Below are positions 1-8,483 of a stretch of DNA of 11,249 bases, one piece after another. This DNA comes from Paraspadella gotoi. Its lineage: Eukaryota; Animalia; Chaetognatha. The notes under the pieces were generated by a model. It saw only the letters and a program-made list of their open reading frames with translations. It did no database searches and was not told where the DNA came from. Where the stretch lies: positions 1-11,249 of the forward strand of contig JBJCIZ010001059.1 of assembly GCA_051294375.1 (NCBI GenBank), written 5' to 3'. The translations under genes were made by a program, and so were the position numbers. Each line of letters opens with the position of its first letter. The first letter of the stretch is position 1.

Positions 1-15
1 ATTTAAATTCCTTAT

Positions 16-2325
16 TCATCCGACTTTCTCATCTCCCAAATGTAATTTTGTTTCTTTTAGATGTCTTGGACATCTACTAAAGACAGTGGCAACTGATTTT
101 CCTGGGGAAAGTTGAAGTTGCCATGTTTCACACCATTTGAAAATCTTGTTGAGGACGGGCTGGAGTTTTATTTTTACCTCATGTAGGTTTTTGCCACTGG
201 CCCATATTGATGTATCATCGGCATACTTTGCCCCTCTGCTGATTTGGCCATGTTCTGTTGGAAGGTCCTCCACATACAATGTAAAGAGGTTGGGACTGAG
301 TATTCCTCCCTGTGGTGCACCTTTTTGGAGAATAACCGTTTTTGAAACGAAGTGACCCTCTACGACATTCATTTCTCTTTCTTTTAGATAGGAATGAATA
401 ATTCTTAGTAATTCTTCAGAAAATCCTGCTTTGAACATTTTGTAGATAAGGCCGTCACTCCACATTGAGTTGAAGGCGACTGAAAAATCTAGGGCAACAG
501 CCACCGTGCACATCCTTTTCCTAAACCCCAAGTTAATATCTTCAACCAATCTTAAAACATTTTCTTGGGCTGATCTTCCTTTCACGTAAGCAGACTGAAG
601 TGGACTCATGAAGCCAAGTTGATTTGTCTCCTTGACCAAGTGATTTTTTATGACCCTTTCTAATATTTTGCCAGTTACGGATATCAAGCTTATGGGTCGG
701 TAACTTTTGACATCTGTAGGATTTTTTCCCGGTTTAGGGAGCATTCTCAAATTAGAATGCTTCCAAGCCTTAGGGAAGACTCCAGTCAGCAAGCATTCTT
801 TCATTATCTCTACAAGAAAAATTATACCTAAGAGAGGCAGACTTTTCATCATCAGAGGAGTGATTCCATCCTTGCCAGGTGCGGATTTGTTTTTAAGGTT
901 TTTTATACATTCTAATACAAAATCAATGTTGCATGTCGTTGTTATTTCTGAATGGCTAATATTTGTTTTTGGTTTAAAAATGTGTTTTTCTTTGTCCTGA
1001 AAACTTTTTACTTCGTCAAAAATCCATTGATTGTTTCTATTTGCTTCAGGAAGTTTGTGGACATCAGTCATTCGTTCAGCAAAAAGATCGAGTTTTTCTT
1101 TTTTATTCTGTGTGTATGAGCCGTTTTCTTTCTTCAGCATGCAGTCAGCCTTTGTCACTTCACGATTTTTACCAATAATTTTATTAATTAAGTTCCATTT
1201 TTTTCCACTATCTCTTTCCATTTCAATTTTTTCGCAAATATGTTTTTCATGAGAATATTCATCTTCTTTTAATTTTCTCTTAACTTCTCGTGAAATAAAG
1301 TTGAATTTTTTCCTCCATTCTATCTTTTCTTCGGTAGTCATGTTGTCAAAGTGATTTCTATTTCGTTTTTGCTTTGCCATTTCTCGTTTTACTTTTATTG
1401 TTTCCCAAGTTGCACTTGACAACTTACAGCCATTCCAGGTTCTAAGTTTACTCTCATATTCACATTCGGATTTCGATTCTTGTATTATTTTTGTCCACGT
1501 TTCCACTTTTTCATCAGTGTCTTTTAAGCTCCAGGTATCACCCGTGAGTAATAAATCATAAAACTTTGTGTTACATGTAGCGCGGAATTTGTCATAATTT
1601 ATTCTTCTTATTATATTATTTTTTACATTGTTGTTTTTCATACTTAAAGTTGTGACACTAGGGAGGTGATCACTCCCAACATCATCTAAAACTTTGTAAT
1701 TCTGAATTTTGGCTGCAGTTTCTTGATTACAGAAAACATAGTCTAAGAGATTCCATTCACCATTGAATTTGCTGATATAGGTAGGAATATCATTATGTAC
1801 ACGATGAAGCTGATACTTTGTGATTATGTCCAACAAGTGCTCGCCTCCTGGTGAATCTGTTCTTGCTCCAAAGTAATGGGATGGAGAGTTGAAGTCCCCC
1901 AAAAGGATCTTTTTTTTTGAGCTAATCTCTCTCCATAGTTTTATGAATTTTTCTGGCATCAATTTACATGGATGGTTATACATTGTTCCAACAACAAAGT
2001 TTTCCCCTTCAGGCGATTGAATCTCTGCTATGAGACCTTCATTGAAACTGTGGCTTAGCTCCAATTCACGAATAGAGAATTCTTTTGGAATGCCAATGCA
2101 GACTCCACTCGCTGATGTTGGGTTTTCAGAGTCATTTTTTATCAAGAATTTAAAATCAGGAATGTTTAAGGTATCAATATTCTGAGTGCGAATGTCATTA
2201 AAAACTAAAATAATTGTTTTGTTCTGAGAAAGACTCACTAATGTTCTTTTTAATTCAGTTAGTCTTGATGGATTACCGTTGGTATTTAAAAGAAAAATGT
2301 CAATGCTGTGCTGGTCAGGATCCAT
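16..2325 (-). CDS. LINE ORF2 (pol-like): AP endonuclease plus reverse transcriptase, interrupted near the window edge
   Basis: APE motifs: LNTNG, SGVCIG, YNHP, LLGDFN, PTY, LDYVF, GSDHLP. Non-LTR RT motifs: KSAPGKDGI, WK..LPKPGK, SYRPISL..KILERVI, LDFSVAFN, GAPQGGILSP.LF.LY, YADD (nt 225-214). The stop at 16-18 falls just before the expected KYLG motif. Confidence 0.96.
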   Translation of the reverse strand: MDPDQHSIDIFLLNTNGNPSRLTELKRTLVSLSQNKTIILVFNDIRTQNIDTLNIPDFKFLIKNDSENPTSASGVCIGIPKEFSIRELELSHSFNEGLIAEIQSPEGENFVVGTMYNHPCKLMPEKFIKLWREISSKKKILLGDFNSPSHYFGARTDSPGGEHLLDIITKYQLHRVHNDIPTYISKFNGEWNLLDYVFCNQETAAKIQNYKVLDDVGSDHLPSVTTLSMKNNNVKNNIIRRINYDKFRATCNTKFYDLLLTGDTWSLKDTDEKVETWTKIIQESKSECEYESKLRTWNGCKLSSATWETIKVKREMAKQKRNRNHFDNMTTEEKIEWRKKFNFISREVKRKLKEDEYSHEKHICEKIEMERDSGKKWNLINKIIGKNREVTKADCMLKKENGSYTQNKKEKLDLFAERMTDVHKLPEANRNNQWIFDEVKSFQDKEKHIFKPKTNISHSEITTTCNIDFVLECIKNLKNKSAPGKDGITPLMMKSLPLLGIIFLVEIMKECLLTGVFPKAWKHSNLRMLPKPGKNPTDVKSYRPISLISVTGKILERVIKNHLVKETNQLGFMSPLQSAYVKGRSAQENVLRLVEDINLGFRKRMCTVAVALDFSVAFNSMWSDGLIYKMFKAGFSEELLRIIHSYLKEREMNVVEGHFVSKTVILQKGAPQGGILSPNLFTLYVEDLPTEHGQISRGAKYADDTSIWASGKNLHEVKIKLQPVLNKIFKWCETWQLQLSPGKSVATVFSRCPRHLKETKLHLGDEKVG

Positions 2326-3370
2326 TACTTGTCGGTTTCAGTTTGTCAGAAGCACTCTGTTTTTGTAGATTTCTGGGCTTGGTTTTTGATGGATTTATAG
2401 GCTCTTTTGGAAGGCTTCTCCCAAGACTCGCCCTCCGTGTTTCTATTGCGATTTGTGGTGTGAGTGGAAACAATGAGTCAGACAGAGTATTGTTTTGAAA
2501 TTCTTTTGCGACAGCATTCATGAACTCTTGACATGAACTATCAGCCCAATTTTTTGATGCATTTGTTGTTTCCGGGGTATCTTTTCCTTGTGGTGTTGTG
2601 ACACTCTCAGTGTATGGAGAGTTTATGGAACAGTTGACAGGGTTTGGAAAAGGATTCACCATCGGAGATTTGTTCCCAAGAAACATGCTTTGTCTCTTGA
2701 AGCTTTTCAGGGCTTTCTCTGTTAGTGTCCAAAGGAATGAGTCGGTTAAGTTAGCCTTATCATTCATGGCAATTTCTCTCACCAAGCAGGCCGTGCTGTA
2801 AAAAATGTTAGTGAGATCGGCGTCCGAAATGGAAACGTTGCTTGCTTTAACTCTGCTTGAGTATGTGGCGTTTTTGGATAGGGAAGGACGTTCATGAGTG
2901 GATTTGTCTTTGATAGTTTTGTTAGCTTCTAGGAGAATGTTACACTGTCGTGAGTTGGATGTGTGTTCTCCGCCGCAATTTGAGCATTTAAGTGTAAGAG
3001 ATTTACATTCTTTGTGGTTATGGTTGCCACTGCACCGAAGACAAGTGTTCACAGTTTCATGACAGTTTCTACTACCATGGCCAAATTTTTGGCAACGATA
3101 GCACTGCAGAGCTGAGCTTACGTTGTATTCTACAAAATTGTATTTCTTAAAGTACATTTTAAAGCCTTCTTTCATCAGCCTTTCAGCTGCTTCTGTTGAG
3201 CTTAAACCCACCTTAACATTCCAAGAACTCTCTCCATTTTTTGAAGAGGACGACATTCTTGTTATTGACGTGATACCAAAACCTTGTTTTGTGAATTCTT
3301 TTTTTATGTTTTCCACATCCATTTCCGGTTCGACGCTGCGCATCACTAGAAACTTCGGCGTAACGGCCAT
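2315..3370 (-). CDS. LINE ORF1 gag-like nucleic-acid-binding protein (uninterrupted C-terminal part)
   Basis: Three zinc knuckles, CYRCQKFGHGSRNC (CX2CX4HX4C), CLRCSGNHNHKEC (CX2CX3HX4C) and CSNCGGEHTSNSRQC (CX2CX3HX6C), with the spacing typical of I/Jockey-group ORF1. Directly upstream of ORF2, overlapping it by 11 nt. Confidence 0.93.
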   Translation of the reverse strand: MAVTPKFLVMRSVEPEMDVENIKKEFTKQGFGITSITRMSSSSKNGESSWNVKVGLSSTEAAERLMKEGFKMYFKKYNFVEYNVSSALQCYRCQKFGHGSRNCHETVNTCLRCSGNHNHKECKSLTLKCSNCGGEHTSNSRQCNILLEANKTIKDKSTHERPSLSKNATYSSRVKASNVSISDADLTNIFYSTACLVREIAMNDKANLTDSFLWTLTEKALKSFKRQSMFLGNKSPMVNPFPNPVNCSINSPYTESVTTPQGKDTPETTNASKNWADSSCQEFMNAVAKEFQNNTLSDSLFPLTPQIAIETRRASLGRSLPKEPINPSKTKPRNLQKQSASDKLKPTSNGS

Positions 3371-3998
3371 TTTCTAGAGCTCAGTCTTGGAACTATATTA
3401 TATTTTGACTGGGACCAATTTTCTTTCTTAGAACGGAATTAAAGTCTTTTTCAGTCGTGACCGTGATTACGATGTCTCCGCTACTCATGAGCTTAGCTCA
3501 CTTACAGAGCCTGTGCCAATGTACGATTGCCTGTACAAATTGAGCTAAGTTACCGTGATTTTTTAATTGAGTCGGTAGGACAGTTGGTAGAGAGAATGAT
3601 GGAGAGATTTTTGGTATCATTTTTGGTTTGAGGACTGTTTTTTAGCAACTGAGGAGTTGTAGAACCATTTCCAAGTTTGTTTCTGTGTTAATAAAGTCAG
3701 GCCTGGGTGACTTACTCATTTGCATGTTCACTTGATCAGCTGCTTCCTTTTTCGCGTAATTTCACTCACGGAAGGTGAGTTTAAATCACAGTCGAAATAT
3801 GCTTCCATATCGTCTTGACAGCAGTGTTCTTGGTTTTGGATTTCGTGAAGTTGTTTTAAAAGTTCATTTTTGTTAAATTCATTTAGGGATTTAAAGATTT
3901 CAATTAATTTCGGTTTTCAACATTTCCTATAGGTTCTTCACTGTTCGCACGGATTTTCTTTTAGTTTTTTCCAGATTTTTGGCCCAGTGGCGACCCAT
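3371..3998 (-). pseudogene. Frameshifted N-terminal part of LINE ORF1 (real decay or sequencing indels)
   Basis: Manual translation with frame switches gives MGRHWAKNLEKT..KIRANSEEPIGNVEN..KLIEIFKSLNEFNKNELLKQLHEIQNQEHCCQDDMEAYFDCDLNSPSVSEITRKRK..MSKSPRPDF..LSIILSTNC..NHGNLAQFVQAI..IGTGSVSEAKLMSSGDIVITVTTEKDFNSVLRK..NWSQSKYNIVPRLSSR, leading into MAVTPKF. KLMSSGDIVI resembles the KLRSGDLLI-type motif of I-group ORF1. The ATG at 3998 is in ACCATGG context. Confidence 0.72.
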
Positions 3999-4071
3999 GG
4001 TTTCCTCGGTACACGGCCAACCCGTACCGGGGCTGATTTTTCAGTCGTTTATTCCTAAGTCGAAATGTGTA
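3999..4071 (-). promoter_or_regulatory. Putative LINE 5' UTR / internal Pol II promoter region
   Basis: Lies between the inferred element end and the ATG at 3998. It begins with ACACATTTCG, which contains an initiator-like CATT. I/Jockey elements are known to use internal promoters. Function is inferred from position only. Confidence 0.5.
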
Positions 4072-4108
4072 GAAAAAAAAAAAAATCAGAGGGATAGATT
4101 GCGTCTTC

Positions 4109-4157
4109 AGAGAGAGAGAGGAGAGGAGAGAGGAGAGAGATGGAGAGAGAGAGGAGA
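4109..4157 (+). repeat. Imperfect (GA)n microsatellite
   Basis: Directly visible agagagagag gagaggagag run. Confidence 0.9.
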
Positions 4158-4480
4158 CATGGATGGATTTACGCCGTTGTTTTGGAGATGAATGAAAGAA
4201 AAGAGAAAGGACGTTTGACTGTAACGCGGAGACGCGCGTGTCTCGACGGATTACCACCAAACCGAGACTAATGATTTCAAAACAGTGTCCTTGTCTAATA
4301 CAGAAAAGATGGGCGCCCGAGCGTAAAAAAAAATGAGAAGGAGAAAAGTTCCTGTTTTTCAATTCTCCAGAAGATTCCTGGCAACACCAGCCGCAGAAAA
4401 CAAAAATGTTTTCCACGGAGTCCGTTTTACAACGTCCATAACAAACGCCTTGTTCTCCAGCGCGTGTGTTTTGCTCTTGT

Positions 4481-4544
4481 CTCTCTCTCTCAATCTCTCT
4501 CTCTATCCTGGATGCTCTATCTCATTCTCTTCTCTCTCCCTCTC

Positions 4545-4592
<48 letters not shown>

Positions 4593-4620
4593 CTTCTCTC
4601 TCTCCTCTCTCTTTTTCGCT

Positions 4621-4656
<36 letters not shown>

Positions 4657-4681
4657 TGCTCTCTCATCTGCTCTCTCTGCT

Positions 4682-4723
<42 letters not shown>

Positions 4724-4759
4724 TTCTCTTCTCTCTCTCATCTCTCTCTCTCTCTCTCT
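4481..4759 (+). repeat. Long imperfect (CT)n microsatellite
   Basis: About 280 nt of near-continuous ctct. It explains the Leu/Ser-rich ORF calls here. Confidence 0.95.
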
Positions 4760-4942
4760 ATTTGCCTGCAATCGAACCGAGGGAATTGAGTTGTTTACAC
4801 TTTCCTTCCTCTCGAGTGGCGCGAGGCAACGAATTTGGCAATGGTGGGAAATTTTAAGTCCATTTTAACCGTTTTTTTTTTACTGTAAAAAAAAAATTTC
4901 TCGTAATTTTTCCCCACGCTTACAGACTTATTTACTTATTTG

Positions 4943-5010
<68 letters not shown>

Positions 5011-5145
5011 GCTATCCGTGTGTGGCCTCTCTTTCTCCTCTCTCTCATCACTCACGTCACTCACTCCACTCACTCACTCACTCACTCACACTTCTCTCAC
5101 TCTCTCTCACTCTCTCACTCACTTCTCTCTCACTCTCTTCTCTCA
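4943..5145 (+). repeat. Compound microsatellite: (CT)n grading into (CACT)n
   Basis: ctct run to ~5047, then cactcactca repeats to ~5135. Confidence 0.92.
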
Positions 5146-5304
5146 ATTCCCACGCTCTACCTCTCGTTACACCAGTTGTGGGGAGGCACTTTAATCTGGA
5201 ATCCAGAAACGAGGGAGAGGGACAAATACGGAGGACCTGCGACTGAAAAAACCGAACATTTTTTTTTCTTTGCCGATTCGTTTCCCGCCTTCCCCTCCCA
5301 TCGC

Positions 5305-5670
5305 CCACCATTTTTCCGCCTTTCCTTTCCCTCCCATCATTAACCCCTTTTCCCATTCCACCATTTCCCCCTTCCATCATTACTCCTTTCCCCATTCCCA
5401 CCATTTCCCCCTTTCCCTTTCCACCATTCCCCCTTTCCCCTCCCAACCATTTCCCCCTCTCCCCTTCCAACCATTTCCCCCTTCCCCTTCCCACCATTTT
5501 CCCTTCCCTCTCCACCATTTCCCTCCTTCCCTTCCCAACATTTCCCCCTTCCCCCTCCTACCATTTCCTCTTTCCCCTTCCCATGCCCGCCGCCCACCAT
5601 TTCTCCCTTCCCCCGCCCACCATTTCCCCTTCCCCTTCCCACCATTGCCCCCTTCCCTCCCCTCACCCTA
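5305..5670 (+). repeat. C-rich minisatellite, ~23-bp unit, consensus approximately CCACCATTTCCCCCTTCCCCTTC, about 15-16 degenerate copies
   Basis: A CCACCATT/CCAACCATT/CCATCATT anchor recurs roughly every 17-29 nt, each followed by C-runs separated by TT. Confidence 0.9.
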
Positions 5671-6119
5671 CCCTCGTCCGGCCTTTTGAACTTACAGGTT
5701 CGAGTTTTGACGAATTAATCGCGCGCTTAATTTTTTTTCACGGCGCGAAAGCCTTTGAGATCTGACGTGAAATTCCACGAAGGAACGTGACAGCGTCGTT
5801 TCACTGGGCGGACCGTGAAATCCGGTTGAAAGTCGAGCCAAGATTTTTTTGTCTTTTTGTCTTTGTTTACGTTCGATTGGTTTGTTGTGTTACTTTGGAG
5901 TAAAAATCGATTAAACTTTGTACACATAGGAAATTCGGATTTAGAAAATCGTTCATATTTTTTCATCGAATTCGCAATGCCCGGAATTTGAATCAACATC
6001 CTTGCCGTAATTGCGGATTCACTCTCGAGGCGGGGCACTCGGCGTGCTCACGCTATGCCAGGTTTATCGTCAAGCTTGAACGAAATTCATACTTCTCGCA
6101 GTATGCGTGAGCCTATAAT

Positions 6120-6595
6120 CTTTCCAATATTTTCTTCCTCCATTCCCGCCCTTATGTTTCTTTCTGTTTCTCGTTTTTCCTTTTTTTTTTTTCATCACCA
6201 TTCCAACCTTTATATCTTTTCTATGTTTCTTCTCTCTCTTTCTTTCTTTTTTTCCGGCATTTTTTCTTTCTTTTTTACATTTTTTTTTTATCTTCTTTTC
6301 GCCTTCTTTGCCTCGACTATCTTTCCTCTCCGCTTATTTATTTTCATCCGGCCTCTTCACGCTCCCATTTCTCAGCTCCATCCATTTTCATCTTATTTAG
6401 TTTTCCATTTTTTTTTCTTTCTTCTCGCGTTATTTCTATTTTACTTCAGTTTCTTCCTCTACTTCTTTATCGTTTTCCTTCCATCTCTGCCTCCTATTTT
6501 CTCTCTCTCTCTCTCTTCTCTCTCTCTCGTGCGCTTCTGCTCATGCTCTGCGCTCTCTCTCTGCTCTCTAATCTCTCTCTCTCTCTCTCTTTTCC
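6120..6595 (+). repeat. Polypyrimidine low-complexity tract ending in (CT)n (~6500-6590)
   Basis: T/C-dominated sequence with poly-T runs and ctct repeats. Confidence 0.8.
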
Positions 6596-6828
6596 ATTGT
6601 CGTTCTCTTTCAATCTTTTGTCAGCACCTCCGCAACGTTTTACGCCGTTTTTGTCTGAATTTCCGCGGAGAGAGAGGCGGAAGGGGTTGGGGCCGCAATG
6701 GGATGGAGAAGGGAGCGAAGGTTCTTAACTCTTTAATTTCCTGGATTCTCGCTAGGAAATCGGATTTGTGAAGATTTTAACGATTGAACACTTTTTTTGA
6801 ATTTTAAAATTCAGTGTTGAGGGTGAAT

Positions 6829-7022
6829 GAAAGAGGAGAAAGAGAGCAGAGATGGAGAGGAGAGAAGAGGGAGAGAAAGACGAAAGAAGAGGGAGAGAAA
6901 GAGGAGAGCAGAGAGGAGAGAGAAGAAAAGAGAGAGAGAGAGAGTGAGGAGAGAGGGAGAGAGGGAAGAGAGAAGAGAGAAGGAGAGAGAGAGAGAGGAG
7001 AAGAGAGAGAGAGAGAGAGAGA
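6829..7022 (+). repeat. Imperfect (GA)n / polypurine microsatellite
   Basis: About 190 nt of almost only A/G, with gagaga runs. Confidence 0.92.
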
Positions 7023-7357
7023 ATCGTTTTAAACAGAAACCTAGGTTTGATTAAAAATTCTTAAATGATTAATCGTTTGCAAACAAGGACTCACAGATAG
7101 CGTTTTTCACATAGTTAGGTATTTTACATAGAAATGCTGACTTATCGACATTGAAAGTTACCCGCCATGGCAGATTCAAACGTGAGTGAAATGCGAGAAG
7201 CTTATTAAAATTAAAAATTGAACAGAGATTACCTTTATTTACGTTAAAAGCCGCCATTTTGTAGCCGCATTGGCTCGAATCTCTCCCTCTTCCTTCTCCT
7301 TCTTTCCCCCTCCCCCTTCCCTCTTCCCATCCCCCTCCCATCTCACCCCCCACTCAG

Positions 7358-7490
7358 ATATCGCTCCACTCGACACCATCCCTCCTTCATCCGCCCCGCC
7401 TCCGTCTTACTTTCGGCACCACGGTGTGGGACACGGCACTCTCTCCGGCGGGCGGCGTCAACATCCGGCGTCACGCCCCCCATGACCACG
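7358..7490 (+). CDS. Candidate internal exon of an unidentified host gene (reading frame uncertain)
   Basis: A long polypyrimidine tract (7280-7355) ends in CAG at 7357, followed by a 133-nt GC-rich island and CG|GTGAAG at 7491, then AT-rich sequence. It is open in two frames, e.g. ISLHSTPSLLHPPRLRLTFGTTVWDTALSPAGGVNIRRHAPHDH. Confidence 0.5.
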
Positions 7491-7915
7491 GTGAAGTCTT
7501 AACAAAGTGGGTCGAGGTCTTTCTCTTTCGCGGGGATGATGGGTTATTGGGGTTTAGTTATAAGAAGAGTGATTTGAAATTCAGAAATAATTTAATCAGA
7601 TTGTGCTTTAGAGATTAAAATTTAGCTTTGAAGTAACGCGTTTAAGGATCTTTTGAGTCAGGAAACGTAGGCGTTTTAATATGAGATAATATCAGGCTTT
7701 ACGAACGAATATGTAAATTCCATTGCTGCCATGGTTAAAAATTGAAAGTTTACGTGCGTTTGGCCTGCTCGAAGCATCAACCATGTTTCACCAAAACCAT
7801 ATCATCCATTAATCTTTACAAATTATTAAAACTAAAACAAAATCTCTCATCAAAGTTTATTTTTTTTTTAATGTTCATTTTTTAATCGTGTTTATTTCTT
7901 CTTCTTAATTTCCAG

Positions 7916-7993
7916 ACGGCGGACACTCCGAGCTAAGGATGGACGCTTCCTCGTCCGCCGACTTGGACCCCAGAATGGGACGACCCCTCTCGC
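7916..7993 (+). CDS. Candidate internal exon of an unidentified host gene
   Basis: A strong acceptor, tttatttcttcttcttaatttccAG (7915), is followed by a sharply GC-rich ~78-nt island. Its end reads C|TGAGTC, which is a GTGAGT donor lacking one G. The phase-1 reading is xGGHSELRMDASSSADLDPRMGRPLS. Confidence 0.5.
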
Positions 7994-8443
7994 TGAGTCC
8001 TTTACTCTGCTTCTATTCCTGATAATTGTCCAATACCGGTATACCTTCATGGATTACCAGTGTATCGGAGGAAATGGCCTGTCGATGGCATCTGTATATA
8101 ACCGAATCGAAAATCATCTACAATTCTGTTACTTGTCACAAGTAAATGGCCTTCAGAATTTAACCAATGTAAAGTTGATGACCATCGCAGGAGACGGCAG
8201 CAGTAGGCCATGACATGTCGTTTCCATCTCAGCTATTCCTCCGCTGAAGCTTTCCCTTGAAAAGCTTTCAGGCGCTTGAAGACGTAAAAGCCAAGAGATG
8301 CCCATAACTGAAATTTGGGCTCGTGACAGATGGCGAGTCTAGGGTCATATAATTATAAACCATAAAATCCTATTGAGGTTTCCGAGCTCGAGCCATTTAC
8401 GTTACAAGTGACAAGCTATAGAATTGTAAGATTGATTTTCAAG

Positions 8444-8483
8444 AGCTGGTGGATGAAATCTCTTCCGTCCTGCGCGCCATAGC
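8444..8483 (+). CDS. Candidate 40-nt exon
   Basis: ttttcaAG acceptor (weak), stop-free xLVDEISSVLRAIA, and a consensus donor GTGAGT at 8484-8489. Confidence 0.27.

Larger units (their letters stand above)
1..4071 (-). mobile_element. Non-LTR retrotransposon (LINE), I/Jockey group; 5' end apparently present, 3' part outside the window
   Basis: ORF1 (three CCHC knuckles) and ORF2 (APE endonuclease + RT with YADD) lie in tandem on the minus strand. Complex sequence stops abruptly at ~4071 next to an A13 run (4073-4085) and a GA microsatellite. The 5' boundary is inferred to within a few nt. Confidence 0.95.

Noticed and set aside
137-3377. Short plus-strand ORFs (137-355, 707-1000, 1031-1252, 2214-2498, 2598-2801, 3123-3377)
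   Set aside because: Antisense shadows of LINE ORF1/ORF2 with no recognisable motifs.
3961-4416. 151-aa minus-strand ORF and 70-aa plus-strand ORF spanning the LINE 5' end
   Set aside because: Both cross the element boundary, the A13 run and a GA microsatellite, so they are compositional artefacts.
4333-5343. Leu/Ser- and His/Thr-rich ORFs that look like membrane proteins
   Set aside because: Translations of (CT)n and (CACT)n, which lack stop codons.
5305-5670. Possible CRISPR array or telomeric repeat
   Set aside because: Units are degenerate and contiguous with no unique spacers, there are no cas genes, the context is eukaryotic, and there is no TTAGG(G) unit.
5078-5765. Gly-rich and Pro-rich ORFs resembling collagen or extensin
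   Set aside because: Translations of the C-rich minisatellite. Unit lengths are not multiples of three and both strands are open.
6055-7054. 238-aa Phe-rich ORF and Glu/Arg-rich ORFs
   Set aside because: Translations of polypyrimidine and (GA)n tracts.
7917-8213. Stop-free frame containing AKDGRFLVRR..ESFTL, reminiscent of the SH2 FLVR motif
   Set aside because: The Ser of FLVRxS is missing, downstream residues do not resemble an SH2 domain, and GC content drops at ~8000, which suggests the exon ends there. A Pfam SH2 HMM search would settle it.
8245-8270. Hairpin-like TGAAGCTTTC..AAAAGCTTTCA
   Set aside because: It arises from two self-palindromic AAGCTT hexamers and is too short and imperfect to support a call.
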